From an uncultured delta proteobacterium (lineage in GTDB: Bacteria; Desulfobacterota; Syntrophia; Syntrophales; Smithellaceae): a stretch of DNA of 64,000 nt. The position numbers and the translations under genes were made by a program. The notes under the pieces were generated by a model. That model worked only from the letters and a program-made list of their open reading frames with translations. It had not been told where the DNA came from and did no database searches. This document shows, one piece after another, positions 44,890 to 54,856 of this stretch. The stretch covers positions 480,001 to 544,000 of the forward strand of contig CAVWEH010000002.1 in the NCBI GenBank assembly GCA_963753975.1, given 5' to 3'. Numbering within the stretch: position 1 is the first letter of the stretch; each line of letters opens with the position of its first letter.

Positions 44890-46224
44890 TTAATTTTCAA
44901 CTATTTCTCCTCTTAAAGAATGCAAATAAGCTTTAGATATTTTTACATTTACCACCTTGCCGATTAATTCCCGGTCGCCCTTAAAATTAACAATTTTCCA
45001 GGAGCGGGTTCGTCCGGTCAAATCACTTTCCAAATTTTTGCTATTTCCTTCCACCAGTAATTCTTGTCTGGTTCCTTCCAAAGCTATGTTTTTTTCCAGA
45101 GTATATTTATCCTGCAACGCCTGCAATTCTTGGAGTCTTCTTAGCTTTTCACATTCTTCGATTTTCCCCGTAAACTTTTGAGCCGCAGTCCCTTTTCTTT
45201 CAGAATACTTAAATGAGAATAAGGAATCAAACCTGATTTTTTCCATCATGTCAATGGTTTCTTGATAATCATTTTGCGTCTCCTGCGGAAATCCGACGAT
45301 TATATCTGAGGTAATGCTTATCCGTGGACAAACCTTGCGCAAATGATCGACTTTTGCTCTGTATTCTTCCACGGTATATCCTCTATTCATTAACGCCAAT
45401 ACCCGGTTGGATCCGGATTGTACCGGAAGATGAATGTGTTCGCATAATTTTTCTTCTTGGGCAAAGCAATCGATTAATTCGTGGGAGAGGTCACGTGGAT
45501 GTGAGGTTGTAAATCGAATTCTTTTGATGCCGGATATCTTACCGATTCTCTTAATTAGCCCGGCGAAATTCACCCCATTATTTATATTTTTGCCGTAAGA
45601 ATTGACATTTTGTCCCAAGAGCGTAACTTCTTTAATCCCGCAATCAGCCAGTTTTTTTATTTCTTCGCTGATCTCTTCCGGCGCCCGGCTCATCTCTCGC
45701 CCGCGCAAATAAGGGACAACGCAATAGGCACAAAAATTATTACAGCCCTGCATAATCGTGACAAAAGCGCTGACCGCATCCTTTTTCGGTGGAGCGAACA
45801 CGCCAATCGATTTTAATGATGGATGAAAATCGATTTGCGTAATCTGTTTTCTTTCTTTTTGCAGCGTTTGGACTAAACCGGGCAAACCATGAATGTTATG
45901 TGTACCGAAGACCAGGTCAACCTGCGCCACCTTTTTAAAAATCCTATCGCCTAAATGCTGTGCTAAACAACCACCGACACCGATAATCAGCGCCGGATTT
46001 TGTTCTTTTAATTTAGTGAGCCGTCCTAATTCAGAGAAGACTTTCTGCGCCGCTTTTTCCCGGATCGAACAGGTGTTGAGAAGGATTAAATCCGCTAATT
46101 TCTTGTTATCCGTTGTTCTGTATCCGATGCCGGCAAGCAAAGCCGCTATTTGTTCGGAATCGTGAATATTCATTTGACAGCCGAATGTTTGAATATATAA
46201 GTATTTATTTTTCATCTTTTTCAT
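44890..46224 (-). CDS. miaB: tRNA-2-methylthio-N6-dimethylallyladenosine synthase
   Basis: TFGCQMN, NTCSIRE, GCNNFCAYC, TTSHPRD, TRAM-like C-terminus. Confidence 0.95.
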   Translation of the reverse strand: MKKMKNKYLYIQTFGCQMNIHDSEQIAALLAGIGYRTTDNKKLADLILLNTCSIREKAAQKVFSELGRLTKLKEQNPALIIGVGGCLAQHLGDRIFKKVAQVDLVFGTHNIHGLPGLVQTLQKERKQITQIDFHPSLKSIGVFAPPKKDAVSAFVTIMQGCNNFCAYCVVPYLRGREMSRAPEEISEEIKKLADCGIKEVTLLGQNVNSYGKNINNGVNFAGLIKRIGKISGIKRIRFTTSHPRDLSHELIDCFAQEEKLCEHIHLPVQSGSNRVLALMNRGYTVEEYRAKVDHLRKVCPRISITSDIIVGFPQETQNDYQETIDMMEKIRFDSLFSFKYSERKGTAAQKFTGKIEECEKLRRLQELQALQDKYTLEKNIALEGTRQELLVEGNSKNLESDLTGRTRSWKIVNFKGDRELIGKVVNVKISKAYLHSLRGEIVEN

Positions 46225-46225
46225 A

Positions 46226-46342
46226 CCAAGTCGCATTCAAACGCTAACTTTGTTGGCTGCGTCGTCTGGCTCCTCAACGTATCTACAATACGCCTGCGTC
46301 GCCTCCTCCTTGCCGCCTCGTTATCCTCTGAATGCAACATGG
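46226..46342. mobile_element. MITE-like element with 14-bp terminal inverted repeats, flanked by TA
   Basis: CCAAGTCGCATTCA ... TGAATGCAACATGG (12/14 complementary); TA at 46224-25 and 46343-44; no coding capacity. Confidence 0.6.
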
Positions 46343-46516
46343 TATCAGCTTTAATTACTTAAATTGAGGCTTAATATTTCAACATTAGTTAGTCAATAAG
46401 TTTTTGAGAATTTACAGGTGATTTTTCCTTTTAAAAAAACTAAGATGTGCTATGTTTTGACCGAGAACTCGGAAAAAGCGAAGTTCGGATATTAATTGTT
46501 ATAGCAGGAAAAGAAG

Positions 46517-47146
46517 ATGAAAGAGGCATCGAAAAAATCACCTGTTTTCACCCCGGATGACGAGCCGTATCTTGGGAGAGAATCTGTGTTTCACTTTGAT
46601 CAGGTTATCCTGTCCTGCTTGGAAGCAAATGCCGAGATTGCTGCTTACACACACAAAAACGAACTGAATGACTTGCAGAAGGCAGCTTGTCAGATTATTC
46701 CCCAAGGTATCAATCTTGCGTTAAGTATTCGTGAACTGGTTCGCCAAGGCTATCTGTTTGCGGCGGCTGTTCTGATGCGCCCTCTCATTGAGCGCGTAGC
46801 TATTATTTCATACCTCCATGAAAAACCGCAAGAAGTCTCTTTATGGCAACGTGGTTGGGAACATAAAGAGCGCCCCAGTCTTGCCAAAATGCTGGCAACC
46901 ATGAACAAGGAGGTGGACACAAAGCAGGCTCAGGAAATTTGTAGCACCTTCAATTCCTTAACTCATGGTGACCCTATGGGCTCGGCCTTCAATTTGGTGA
47001 GCCTCCCGGCAGGTGGGCTTGGCTATTCCGTCGGCAAGGTGCTCAACGAGCCGGAGTTCTGCGATTTCGTTTGTTTTCAATCGTATCTCTACTTGATCGT
47101 CATAATGGCAAGAATGGCAGGGTGTTTCCCTGATAAAAAAAGCTGA
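46517..47146 (+). CDS. Cassette 1 protein, DUF5677-like
   Basis: 209 aa; AAVLMRPLIE and NSLTHG motifs; followed directly by attC. Confidence 0.6.
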   Translation: MKEASKKSPVFTPDDEPYLGRESVFHFDQVILSCLEANAEIAAYTHKNELNDLQKAACQIIPQGINLALSIRELVRQGYLFAAAVLMRPLIERVAIISYLHEKPQEVSLWQRGWEHKERPSLAKMLATMNKEVDTKQAQEICSTFNSLTHGDPMGSAFNLVSLPAGGLGYSVGKVLNEPEFCDFVCFQSYLYLIVIMARMAGCFPDKKS

Positions 47147-47148
47147 AG

Positions 47149-47213
47149 CTATAACAAGGCGCTTCACGGGATCGGCGTGCACGCACGCCTCCCCGTAAGC
47201 TTTTGCGTTATGC
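47149..47213 (+). repeat. attC recombination site
   Basis: R'' CTATAAC, L'' GCTTCAC (one extra base), hairpin GGCGTGC/GCACGCC, L' GTAAGC, R' GTTATGC; 65 bp. Confidence 0.9.
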
Positions 47214-47234
47214 GAAGAATATGGAGGGCACCAA

Positions 47235-48074
47235 ATGAGACGTAAGACGGTTATAGTGATTCTAATAGTCCTGATGTGTCTCGGACTGTTCCAGATATAC
47301 GACTCACCGGATGAAAACCACAAGTACGCAGCCGATCTACAAGGGACAATAAATGCGGGGCATCAGTTTTCGTGGCTTCTGTTCATAGGCTATAAAGGCG
47401 GGTTGCTCGATCAGTTTGATTTTACAGACTGGGCAAGGTCAAAACTGAAGGAAAAAGATATACAACAAGTATTTCGGAATAAAATTCTTGACAAATACAA
47501 GGCTGGCGGCGGGAAGTATGAGCATGAGCTGAGTTCGATACTATACAAGGAACCAGAAGACATCGAATTGGTTGCTTTAGAAAGGCAACAAAACTATACG
47601 GCTATGACTTTTAAACTCAACAAGCGATTTACCAACAGTCCCGATCTGCCTGACAAAGGCGGACTGGTGTATTCCGTTGTTTTTTCGTACGGTGAACGAC
47701 CGGATGGTGCACTCTGGAAAAAGGTGTTACGTAAAACTGCAAATGCTGTCCCGTTTTGCAGCTCATTCGGCACAACGGGAAGGTGGGTAGTTGTTGATTA
47801 TAACTATACTTACAATCAAAGCGACTATGTGACATGGTACTTGCGAGAAGGAGATAGCTTGGTTAACCAGAAACAGAAAGAGAACATGGATTCCTTGAAG
47901 AGATTGAATACGAAAGAAGGGCGTCAGGAGTTTATGAAGAGTGTAGAGACGGATGTAGCGATCTCCGATATATGGGCTAGTGCTTGGGTAAAAAGACTTC
48001 CAGAACATATAGACGAACATCTTTTTCAGAAAACAGAGCGGGTACGAAATGAGCTTGTCCCTGGAGCCCGGTAG
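47235..48074 (+). CDS. Cassette 2: exported/membrane-anchored hypothetical protein
   Basis: 279 aa, MRRK plus hydrophobic N-terminus, GGAGG RBS after attC. Confidence 0.7.
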   Translation: MRRKTVIVILIVLMCLGLFQIYDSPDENHKYAADLQGTINAGHQFSWLLFIGYKGGLLDQFDFTDWARSKLKEKDIQQVFRNKILDKYKAGGGKYEHELSSILYKEPEDIELVALERQQNYTAMTFKLNKRFTNSPDLPDKGGLVYSVVFSYGERPDGALWKKVLRKTANAVPFCSSFGTTGRWVVVDYNYTYNQSDYVTWYLREGDSLVNQKQKENMDSLKRLNTKEGRQEFMKSVETDVAISDIWASAWVKRLPEHIDEHLFQKTERVRNELVPGAR

Positions 48075-48131
48075 CAATAAAGGTCAGCCAATCACCAATA
48101 AAGTCGGCTATGACTGATCATGACGTTAGCC
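48074..48131 (+). repeat. Degenerate attC-like site
   Basis: GCAATAAA...GGTCAGCCAAT...ATGACTGATC...GTTAGCC; R'' damaged. Confidence 0.45.
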
Positions 48132-48175
48132 GTATGATTAAATGGATAAAAATATATAAGCAGAGGATTATTGCG

Positions 48176-48436
48176 ATGAATAAATGGGAAATATCAATAT
48201 TGAGGGTAATCGTGTCCAGTGCTGGGACCGCATCTTTAAACCACATTTACTCTGAGCTTCCTCATTATATTAATTTAACAAATAAACATAAAGAAATAAA
48301 TTACAAAGCTCCAAATTATCATCATCAAACAAGAGCGCATGTTGATGATTTATTGGACAGTGGAGATCTAATCAGAACTAGCAGGGGTGTATACTCCATT
48401 ACGTCGCAAGGTCGGTTAAGAATTAGGAATATGTAA
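48176..48436 (+). CDS. Cassette 3: small winged-helix protein (Mrr N-terminal-like)
   Basis: 86 aa with GAGGA RBS; LNHIYSEL...LLDSGDLIRTSRGVYSITSQG. Confidence 0.6.
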   Translation: MNKWEISILRVIVSSAGTASLNHIYSELPHYINLTNKHKEINYKAPNYHHQTRAHVDDLLDSGDLIRTSRGVYSITSQGRLRIRNM

Positions 48437-48663
48437 AACGACTAATAATTGTAAGTTGTAAAAGGAAAATATATTAGCCTACCATGCTGATAAGGAAAAG
48501 GATGGTCAAATCTTTATCCTTGACAATTCATCATCAGAGAGACTGCAATCATTGACATTCCCAGCTTTCCGGCGATTGATGCTTTTTCTTTAATCGCCGT
48601 TATCGATATTTTGAGACCTGATTTATATAAATTCAAAAATGATTTATGAAGTGCGAATTGAAG

Positions 48664-48781
48664 CTTTTTACGGGTACCAGGCCCTCGCAGTGCAACGGCC
48701 GCCGGCACAAGTGTTTGAGTTCGCCTTAGGCGAACGAGTTTTGTGTCGGCAGTGAAGCGAGAGGCCGCATGGTCGTAAAAG
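48664..48781. repeat. Long imperfect GC-rich palindrome downstream of rsmA
   Basis: Nested arms TTTTACG/CGTAAAA, ACCA/TGGT, GGCC, CTCGC/GCGAG, GCCGGCACAA/TTGTGTCGGC, GTTCGCC/GGCGAAC. Confidence 0.7.
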
Positions 48782-48822
48782 GATTCTGAACACAAATGAA
48801 TCAGCTTTGCAAACCTTTCATT

Positions 48823-49680
48823 TTATAATTTTGTCATTGCTTCATAAAGCATATTGCTTAGCTTACCAAATTCCATCACGGAAAGTGTCTCTCCCCGGCG
48901 TTTTCCGTCAATCTTAGCGCAAGCCAGAACATCTCTTATCTTTTCTTCAGAAATGTTCGTCAGTAACTTTGAATTCTTCAAATTGTTAGTCAGCATTTTT
49001 CTACGTTGGGCAAACGACTGCTTTAACCAGGCCTGTAAAAAATATTTCATCAGTTCAAATGGACAAGAGATTTTTCCAGAGAAAGTCCCTCTTATTACCG
49101 CCGATTCGACTTTCGGACGCGGATAGAAACACGTTGCGGGCACATCAAATATTTTTTCCACGGAAGCAAACATTTGTAAAATCACCGAAGGCACGCCATA
49201 GCTTTTATCGCCGGGCAGCGCTACCAGCCGCTCAACAACTTCTTTCTGTAGCATGAGAACAAAACCATCGATAACTGAACGGAAAGACAATAAATAAAAA
49301 AGCAAAGGGCTGGATATATTGTAAGGTACATTACCGATAACCTTTACTTTGGATTTATATCCTTTTGATAGCGCCTTAAAGTCATATTTCAATATGTCGC
49401 CGCAGTGAATCTCCGCATTACTATAGGGCGCAAGTTTTGCTTTTAATACTTCTACCAGTTGCGGATCTATTTCTGCGGCAATAACTTTGCCGGCTTTTCT
49501 AGCGATCTCTTGCGTCAGTATGCCGATGCCGGATCCAATTTCAATGATAACATCTTCTGCGGAAATATCCGCTGATGCTGCTATTTTCCTGATGATATTG
49601 CCATCCAAAAGAAACGACTGGCCTAATTTCTTCTTCGGCTTGATTTCATATTTATTGATTATTTCTTTTGGCGTTGTCAT
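48823..49680 (-). CDS. rsmA: 16S rRNA adenine dimethyltransferase
   Basis: KKKLGQSFL, EIGSGIG, GNVPYNISS, QKEV, PRPKVES. Confidence 0.95.
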   Translation of the reverse strand: MTTPKEIINKYEIKPKKKLGQSFLLDGNIIRKIAASADISAEDVIIEIGSGIGILTQEIARKAGKVIAAEIDPQLVEVLKAKLAPYSNAEIHCGDILKYDFKALSKGYKSKVKVIGNVPYNISSPLLFYLLSFRSVIDGFVLMLQKEVVERLVALPGDKSYGVPSVILQMFASVEKIFDVPATCFYPRPKVESAVIRGTFSGKISCPFELMKYFLQAWLKQSFAQRRKMLTNNLKNSKLLTNISEEKIRDVLACAKIDGKRRGETLSVMEFGKLSNMLYEAMTKL

Positions 49681-49687
49681 GGTTACT

Positions 49688-50695
49688 TCAGGAATTTGCC
49701 GTAGACAGCGGCCAACGCGATATTGCGTTCAAATCCAGCGAATCTCGATGGCCATTTAAGAGCATTACCTCGCCCAGTGCTGCAATCATAGCCGCGTTAT
49801 CCGTGCATAAAATCATCGGCGGTATAAATAAATCAATTTCCTTTTTTGATGCGGTAGCGGCAAATTTCTTCCGTAATCTACTGTTGGCCGCAACACCTCC
49901 GCAAACTACAACTTGGGAAATGTTATTATCTTGAGCTGCTCTAATCGTTTTTTCTACTAATACATCGACAATTGCCTCCTGATAACTTGCCACTATATCC
50001 GGTAATTCAGCGGCGCTAAAATCACAACCGCGTTTCTTCAACATAGTCAATAAGGAAGTTTTCAAACCACTGAAGCTGAAATCAGGCGAGTCCTTCATCG
50101 CCCGAGGAAAAGCAACTGCTTGCGGATTGCCATTTTTGGCCATTTTATCAATCACTACTCCTCCGGGATAACCAAGATTAAGAAGGTTGGCGCCCTTATC
50201 AAATGCTTCTCCCGCTGCATCATCCCGTGTCTGGCCTAATAAATGAAAATCATGATAATTTTTCACCATGTAAATATTCGTGTGTCCGCCTGATGCAATT
50301 AAGGCAACAAAAGAAAATGCGGGCGTTTTTTCGGCAAGGAATACTGCTGCAATATGCCCTTCTAAATGATTAACGCCAACTAATGGAATGTTCAGTGCAT
50401 AGGCCAGAGCCTTGGCCGTTGATAAACCAATCAGAAGTGATCCGATCAATCCCGGACCGCGGGTTACGGCCATACCTTTTATTTCCTTGAGCTCTATGTT
50501 TGCATCAGATAAGGCCTGTTCGATAACTGGATTTATTGCTTCAATGTGTTTACGCGAAGCAATTTCGGGAACAACTCCGCCGTACTTGCTATGAACTTTG
50601 ATTTGCGAGGCTATTACATTGGAAAGTATTTTCCCGTTATCGACTACTGCTGCCGCAGTTTCGTCGCATGATGAGTCAATTCCTAAAACTAACAA
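49688..50695 (-). CDS. tsaD: tRNA N6-adenosine threonylcarbamoyltransferase
   Basis: GIDSSCDET, GGVVPEIASR, HLEGH, DDAAGEAFDK, CTDNAAMIA. Confidence 0.97.
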   Translation of the reverse strand: MLVLGIDSSCDETAAAVVDNGKILSNVIASQIKVHSKYGGVVPEIASRKHIEAINPVIEQALSDANIELKEIKGMAVTRGPGLIGSLLIGLSTAKALAYALNIPLVGVNHLEGHIAAVFLAEKTPAFSFVALIASGGHTNIYMVKNYHDFHLLGQTRDDAAGEAFDKGANLLNLGYPGGVVIDKMAKNGNPQAVAFPRAMKDSPDFSFSGLKTSLLTMLKKRGCDFSAAELPDIVASYQEAIVDVLVEKTIRAAQDNNISQVVVCGGVAANSRLRKKFAATASKKEIDLFIPPMILCTDNAAMIAALGEVMLLNGHRDSLDLNAISRWPLSTANS

Positions 50696-50808
50696 ATTTT
50701 AATCCTCTTTTGTAATTTTACTTTACTAAAAGTGAAAAATGCTTATATAAAAGGTGGACCTATTTGTAAACAAACTTTTAACAGCGATTATTCGGTGGAA
50801 AACATTCA

Positions 50809-52398
50809 ATGGAATTTAAAACAGATTTTTTGATTTTAGGCAGCGGTATTGCGGGTTTAAGCTTGGCTATTAAGGCTTCCACCCTGGGCACTGTCGCCAT
50901 CGTCACAAAAAAAGAAAAGTCGGAATCCAATACTAATTATGCTCAAGGCGGCATCGCCGCCGTTACCGATCAGACCGACAGTTTCGAAGATCATATTAAC
51001 GACACACTGATTTGCGGCGCAGGTCTTTGCAACAAAGATGTGGTCGATTTCGTCGTCCGAGAAGCTCCACCCCGTATTCAGGAACTGATCCAATGGGGAG
51101 TAAATTTCACAAAATCGGAAGCGCCGCCTCATGCCTATGATTTAGGTCAGGAAGGAGGCCACAACCGCAGACGGGTACTGCATGCTAAAGACCTGACCGG
51201 AAAAGAAATCGAGCGGGCATTGCATGAAAAAGTTTCTCATTTAAAAAATGTGACAATTTACGAAAATCACATAGGCATTGACCTCATCATCGAAAGGGAC
51301 ATCTCCGGTAAAGCCGTTCGTTGTCTGGGAACATACGTGTTGGATATCAATAAAAATAGGGTTCATACATATTGCGCAAAATATATAATTTTATCCACCG
51401 GCGGAGCGGGCAAAGTTTATCTGATTACTACAAATCCCGATATTGCGACCGGTGACGGAATTGCCATGGCGTATCGTGCCGGAGCGCAAATTTCCAACAT
51501 GGAATTCATCCAGTTTCATCCGACTTGTCTTTACCACCCTGATGCCAAAGCTTTCCTCATCAGCGAAGCCGTGCGCGGCGAAGGGGCAATTCTCCGACTA
51601 AAAAATGGTGCGACGTTTATGGAAAATTATCACGCCCTGCAAAGTTTAGCTCCGCGTGACGTTGTCGCCAAAGCTATTTACACGGAAATAAAAAAATCCG
51701 GCGATGAATATGTTCTTCTGGATATAACTCATCGCGATCGTGATTTCATAATTAATCGCTTTCCCAATATTTACGAAAAGTGTCTGGAATTCGGTCTCGA
51801 CATAACCACGGATCCGATTCCTGTGGCTCCGGCCGCACATTATATCTGCGGCGGTGTTACCGTAAATCCCTTCGGGGAAACTTCTATTGCCAATCTTTAC
51901 GCCTGCGGTGAAGTATCCTGCACCGGACTGCATGGGGCAAACCGCCTAGCGAGTAATTCCCTACTAGAAGCAGTTGTTTACTCACACCGTATTTATGCAA
52001 AAATTGCGCAATTATTCGCTTCCCAACAACACAGCAATTATTTTGTCGCTCCGTGGGATGACAGCGGAACAACGGAAAGTGACGATAGTGTTGTTGTAAC
52101 TAACAACTGGGACGAAATAAGAAGGTGTATGTGGAATTATGTTGGGATTGTTAGATCAAATAAAAGACTGGAGAGAGCCGTCCGCCGAATTGATCTCATC
52201 CAGAAAGAGATTGACGACTATTATTGGAACTTCAAGGTCACCAAGGATTTAATCGAACTGCGCAATATTACCACTGTCGCCAAATTAATCGTTCAGAGCG
52301 CTTGCGCCAGAAAAGAGAGCCGCGGTCTGCACTATAACGTCGATTATCCCGATACCCTCCAGGAATTCCAGAAAGACACGATTATTTTAAAAGGATAA
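50809..52398 (+). CDS. nadB: L-aspartate oxidase
   Basis: YAQGGIAAV, QFHPT, ISEAVRGEG, GLHGANRLASNSLLE, ESRGLH. Confidence 0.97.
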   Translation: MEFKTDFLILGSGIAGLSLAIKASTLGTVAIVTKKEKSESNTNYAQGGIAAVTDQTDSFEDHINDTLICGAGLCNKDVVDFVVREAPPRIQELIQWGVNFTKSEAPPHAYDLGQEGGHNRRRVLHAKDLTGKEIERALHEKVSHLKNVTIYENHIGIDLIIERDISGKAVRCLGTYVLDINKNRVHTYCAKYIILSTGGAGKVYLITTNPDIATGDGIAMAYRAGAQISNMEFIQFHPTCLYHPDAKAFLISEAVRGEGAILRLKNGATFMENYHALQSLAPRDVVAKAIYTEIKKSGDEYVLLDITHRDRDFIINRFPNIYEKCLEFGLDITTDPIPVAPAAHYICGGVTVNPFGETSIANLYACGEVSCTGLHGANRLASNSLLEAVVYSHRIYAKIAQLFASQQHSNYFVAPWDDSGTTESDDSVVVTNNWDEIRRCMWNYVGIVRSNKRLERAVRRIDLIQKEIDDYYWNFKVTKDLIELRNITTVAKLIVQSACARKESRGLHYNVDYPDTLQEFQKDTIILKG

Positions 52399-52469
52399 AT
52401 GTCCGGTATATAGAACTTAACTGTCAAAATATTTCACCTTACGAAAAAACGGCAAAAAACTATGGACTT

Positions 52470-53771
52470 TTATTTATCGTTTCCAAATACCCGGTTAAAA
52501 ATAAAATCCAGATTCTTTAAAAAGTTATTCATGTTGAAAATTTCCGTCAAATCTTTTTCCTGGAGATATTTCATTACCACTTCATCTGCTTTAAGCAATT
52601 CTCTGAATTCTATGCCTTCCTGCCAGGATTTCATCGCGTTTTTCTGAACAATTATATAGGCGTCTTCTCTGGTCATTCCTTTTTCAATAAGAGCAAGCAA
52701 CACCATTTGTGAGAAAACAACTCCTTTGGTCATATTCAGATTGGCCAACATTCTTTCCGGATAGACAATGAGCTTATCCATCATTCCGGCAAACCTTCCC
52801 AGCATAAAATCCAAAACAATCGTGGCATCCGGTCCGATAACTCTTTCTACCGAAGAATGACTAATATCTCTTTCATGCCAAAGAGCTACATTTTCCAGCG
52901 CTGCCAACGCATATGATCTGACGAGCCTCGCTAAACCGGAGAGATTTTCCGAAAGCACCGGGTTGCGCTTGTGCGGCATAGCCGATGAACCCTTTTGCCC
53001 TGCGGAGAAATATTCTTCCGCCTCCCGAACCTCCGTCCGCTGAAGCAACCTGATCTCCTGCGCAAATTTATCCACGGAAGAGGCGATTATCGCCAGAGTG
53101 GTAAAAAATTCGGCGTGCCGATCACGCTGGATAATTTGCGACGATACCGGCGCCGGTTTCAAAGCAAGTTTGCGACATACATATTCTTCCACAAACGGCT
53201 CCACAAAAGAAAAAGTGCCTACCGCTCCCGATATCTTTCCGTAGCTTATAGATTCTCTAGCGCTGACCAGACGACGATGATTGCGCTGCATTTCCTGATG
53301 CCACAAAGCCATCTTCAAACCGAAAGTAACCGGCTCGGCGTGAATGCCGTGCGATCGGCCGATCATTAATGTATTTTTATGTTCAAAAGCTTTCTTTTTC
53401 AAGACGACTAAAAGTTGATCAATATCTTCCAGTAAAATTTCCGCCGCTTCTTTCAACAAGATGGCAAGTGATGTATCCAAAATATCGGAAGAAGTAAGGC
53501 CCATGTGAATGAAACGACCGTCTTCACCTACTTTCTCCGTTAAAGAGGTTAAAAAAGCTATTACATCGTGCTTTGTCGTTTTTTCTATTTCATCAATACG
53601 TTTGACGTTAATAGCGGCTTTTTGTTTGATATTTTTCAGCGAATTTTCCGGGATTTTGCCGAGCTTCGCCATCGCTTCGCATGCCGTAATTTCCACATCA
53701 AGCCACTTCTGATATCTATTTTCCGTACTCCAAATTTTTGTCATTTTTTCTCGGGAATATCTGGAAATCAC
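52470..53771 (-). CDS. purB: Adenylosuccinate lyase
   Basis: HDVIAF, GRSHGIHAEP, GSSAMPHKRNP, LWHERDISHSS. Confidence 0.97.
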   Translation of the reverse strand: MISRYSREKMTKIWSTENRYQKWLDVEITACEAMAKLGKIPENSLKNIKQKAAINVKRIDEIEKTTKHDVIAFLTSLTEKVGEDGRFIHMGLTSSDILDTSLAILLKEAAEILLEDIDQLLVVLKKKAFEHKNTLMIGRSHGIHAEPVTFGLKMALWHQEMQRNHRRLVSARESISYGKISGAVGTFSFVEPFVEEYVCRKLALKPAPVSSQIIQRDRHAEFFTTLAIIASSVDKFAQEIRLLQRTEVREAEEYFSAGQKGSSAMPHKRNPVLSENLSGLARLVRSYALAALENVALWHERDISHSSVERVIGPDATIVLDFMLGRFAGMMDKLIVYPERMLANLNMTKGVVFSQMVLLALIEKGMTREDAYIIVQKNAMKSWQEGIEFRELLKADEVVMKYLQEKDLTEIFNMNNFLKNLDFIFNRVFGNDK

Positions 53772-53966
53772 TTACTCCTCCTCAGAATATTTATAGGTAT
53801 CGCACGTCGGTCAACCTTCTTCTCGCCATTTTTTTGTAGATTGATATTATTACGATTTTGATTAATACGTCAAGACCTATTAATAATACAGCGGGTCAAT
53901 TAAAGATTGACAAATTACACACGAAAACTTATTTAAATAAAATCAACTTGGAAGACGGGTGACTGC

Positions 53967-54629
53967 ATGTCCCAAACTATAGTGGAAACTGAAAAATACA
54001 GTCTGATAGAAGAAATTTTTAATAGCATTATTCACGGGACCGGGATTCTAATCAGCCTGGCCGGACTTGTTCTCTTAATCGTTTTTGCCAGCTTGTATGG
54101 TAAGACCAGCCATATTGTCAGTTGTACAATTTTCGGTATTACGCTGGTTTTACTTTACACGGCTTCAACACTTTATCATAGTTGCCGAGAACCACAAATT
54201 AAACACGTCTTTAGAATTATCGACCATTCTTGCATTTACGCTTTAATTGCGGGAACTTATACCCCTTTTATGCTGGTTGCGGTTCGCGGGGTTTTGGGTT
54301 GGACTATGTTTGCTGTCGTTTGGTCTCTGACCATTTTGGGAATTTTGTTTAAAGTTTTTTTTATTCATCGGTTTAAAATTCTTTCCACGCTTGCTTATAT
54401 TCTGATGGGCTGGCTGGTTGTTTTTGCCATCAAACCCATTTTTCAGACACTCCCCGGAGGCGCTATTGTCTGGCTTATTTCAGGCGGACTGGCTTATACG
54501 GGGGGCACTATCTTTTATGCCTGGAAAAGACTTCCCTTTAATCATGCTATCTGGCATTTATTCGTACTTACCGGCAGTATTTGCCATTTTTTCGCTGTCT
54601 TCTTTTATGTAGTACCATTGAAAACTTAA
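53967..54629 (+). CDS. Hemolysin III / PAQR family membrane protein
   Basis: EEIFNSIIHG, STLYH, DHSCIYALIAGTYTP, HAIWHLFV. Confidence 0.95.
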   Translation: MSQTIVETEKYSLIEEIFNSIIHGTGILISLAGLVLLIVFASLYGKTSHIVSCTIFGITLVLLYTASTLYHSCREPQIKHVFRIIDHSCIYALIAGTYTPFMLVAVRGVLGWTMFAVVWSLTILGILFKVFFIHRFKILSTLAYILMGWLVVFAIKPIFQTLPGGAIVWLISGGLAYTGGTIFYAWKRLPFNHAIWHLFVLTGSICHFFAVFFYVVPLKT

Positions 54630-54856
54630 ATAAACCATATACAAATGATTCTAAAAAGAAGTCACTTTTTCTACGCCGGCGTTTTTCGCGAAAATAGAAT
54701 CAAGACTGAAAGTTTATAAAATCTTTAATATGCTAATTTAATAAAGACATGAAGATAACTCTTATTGAACTTCCTAAATCACTCTTGTATTATCATATTT
54801 AAAATGTTAGAAGTTCGGCGAATTCAAACGTTAGTATTCCACAAGGGGAGATAAGC

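Larger units (their letters stand above)
46498..48450 (+). mobile_element. Integron gene-cassette array with no integrase in window (CALIN), three cassettes
   Basis: Cassette 1 starts GTTATAGC (46498) and its attC starts with the exact complement GCTATAAC (47148); further GTT core sites at 47207 and 48125. Confidence 0.8.

Noticed and set aside
48514..48795. 93-aa minus-strand ORF
   Set aside because: Largely a translation of the long palindrome; no recognisable family, though a gene remnant cannot be excluded
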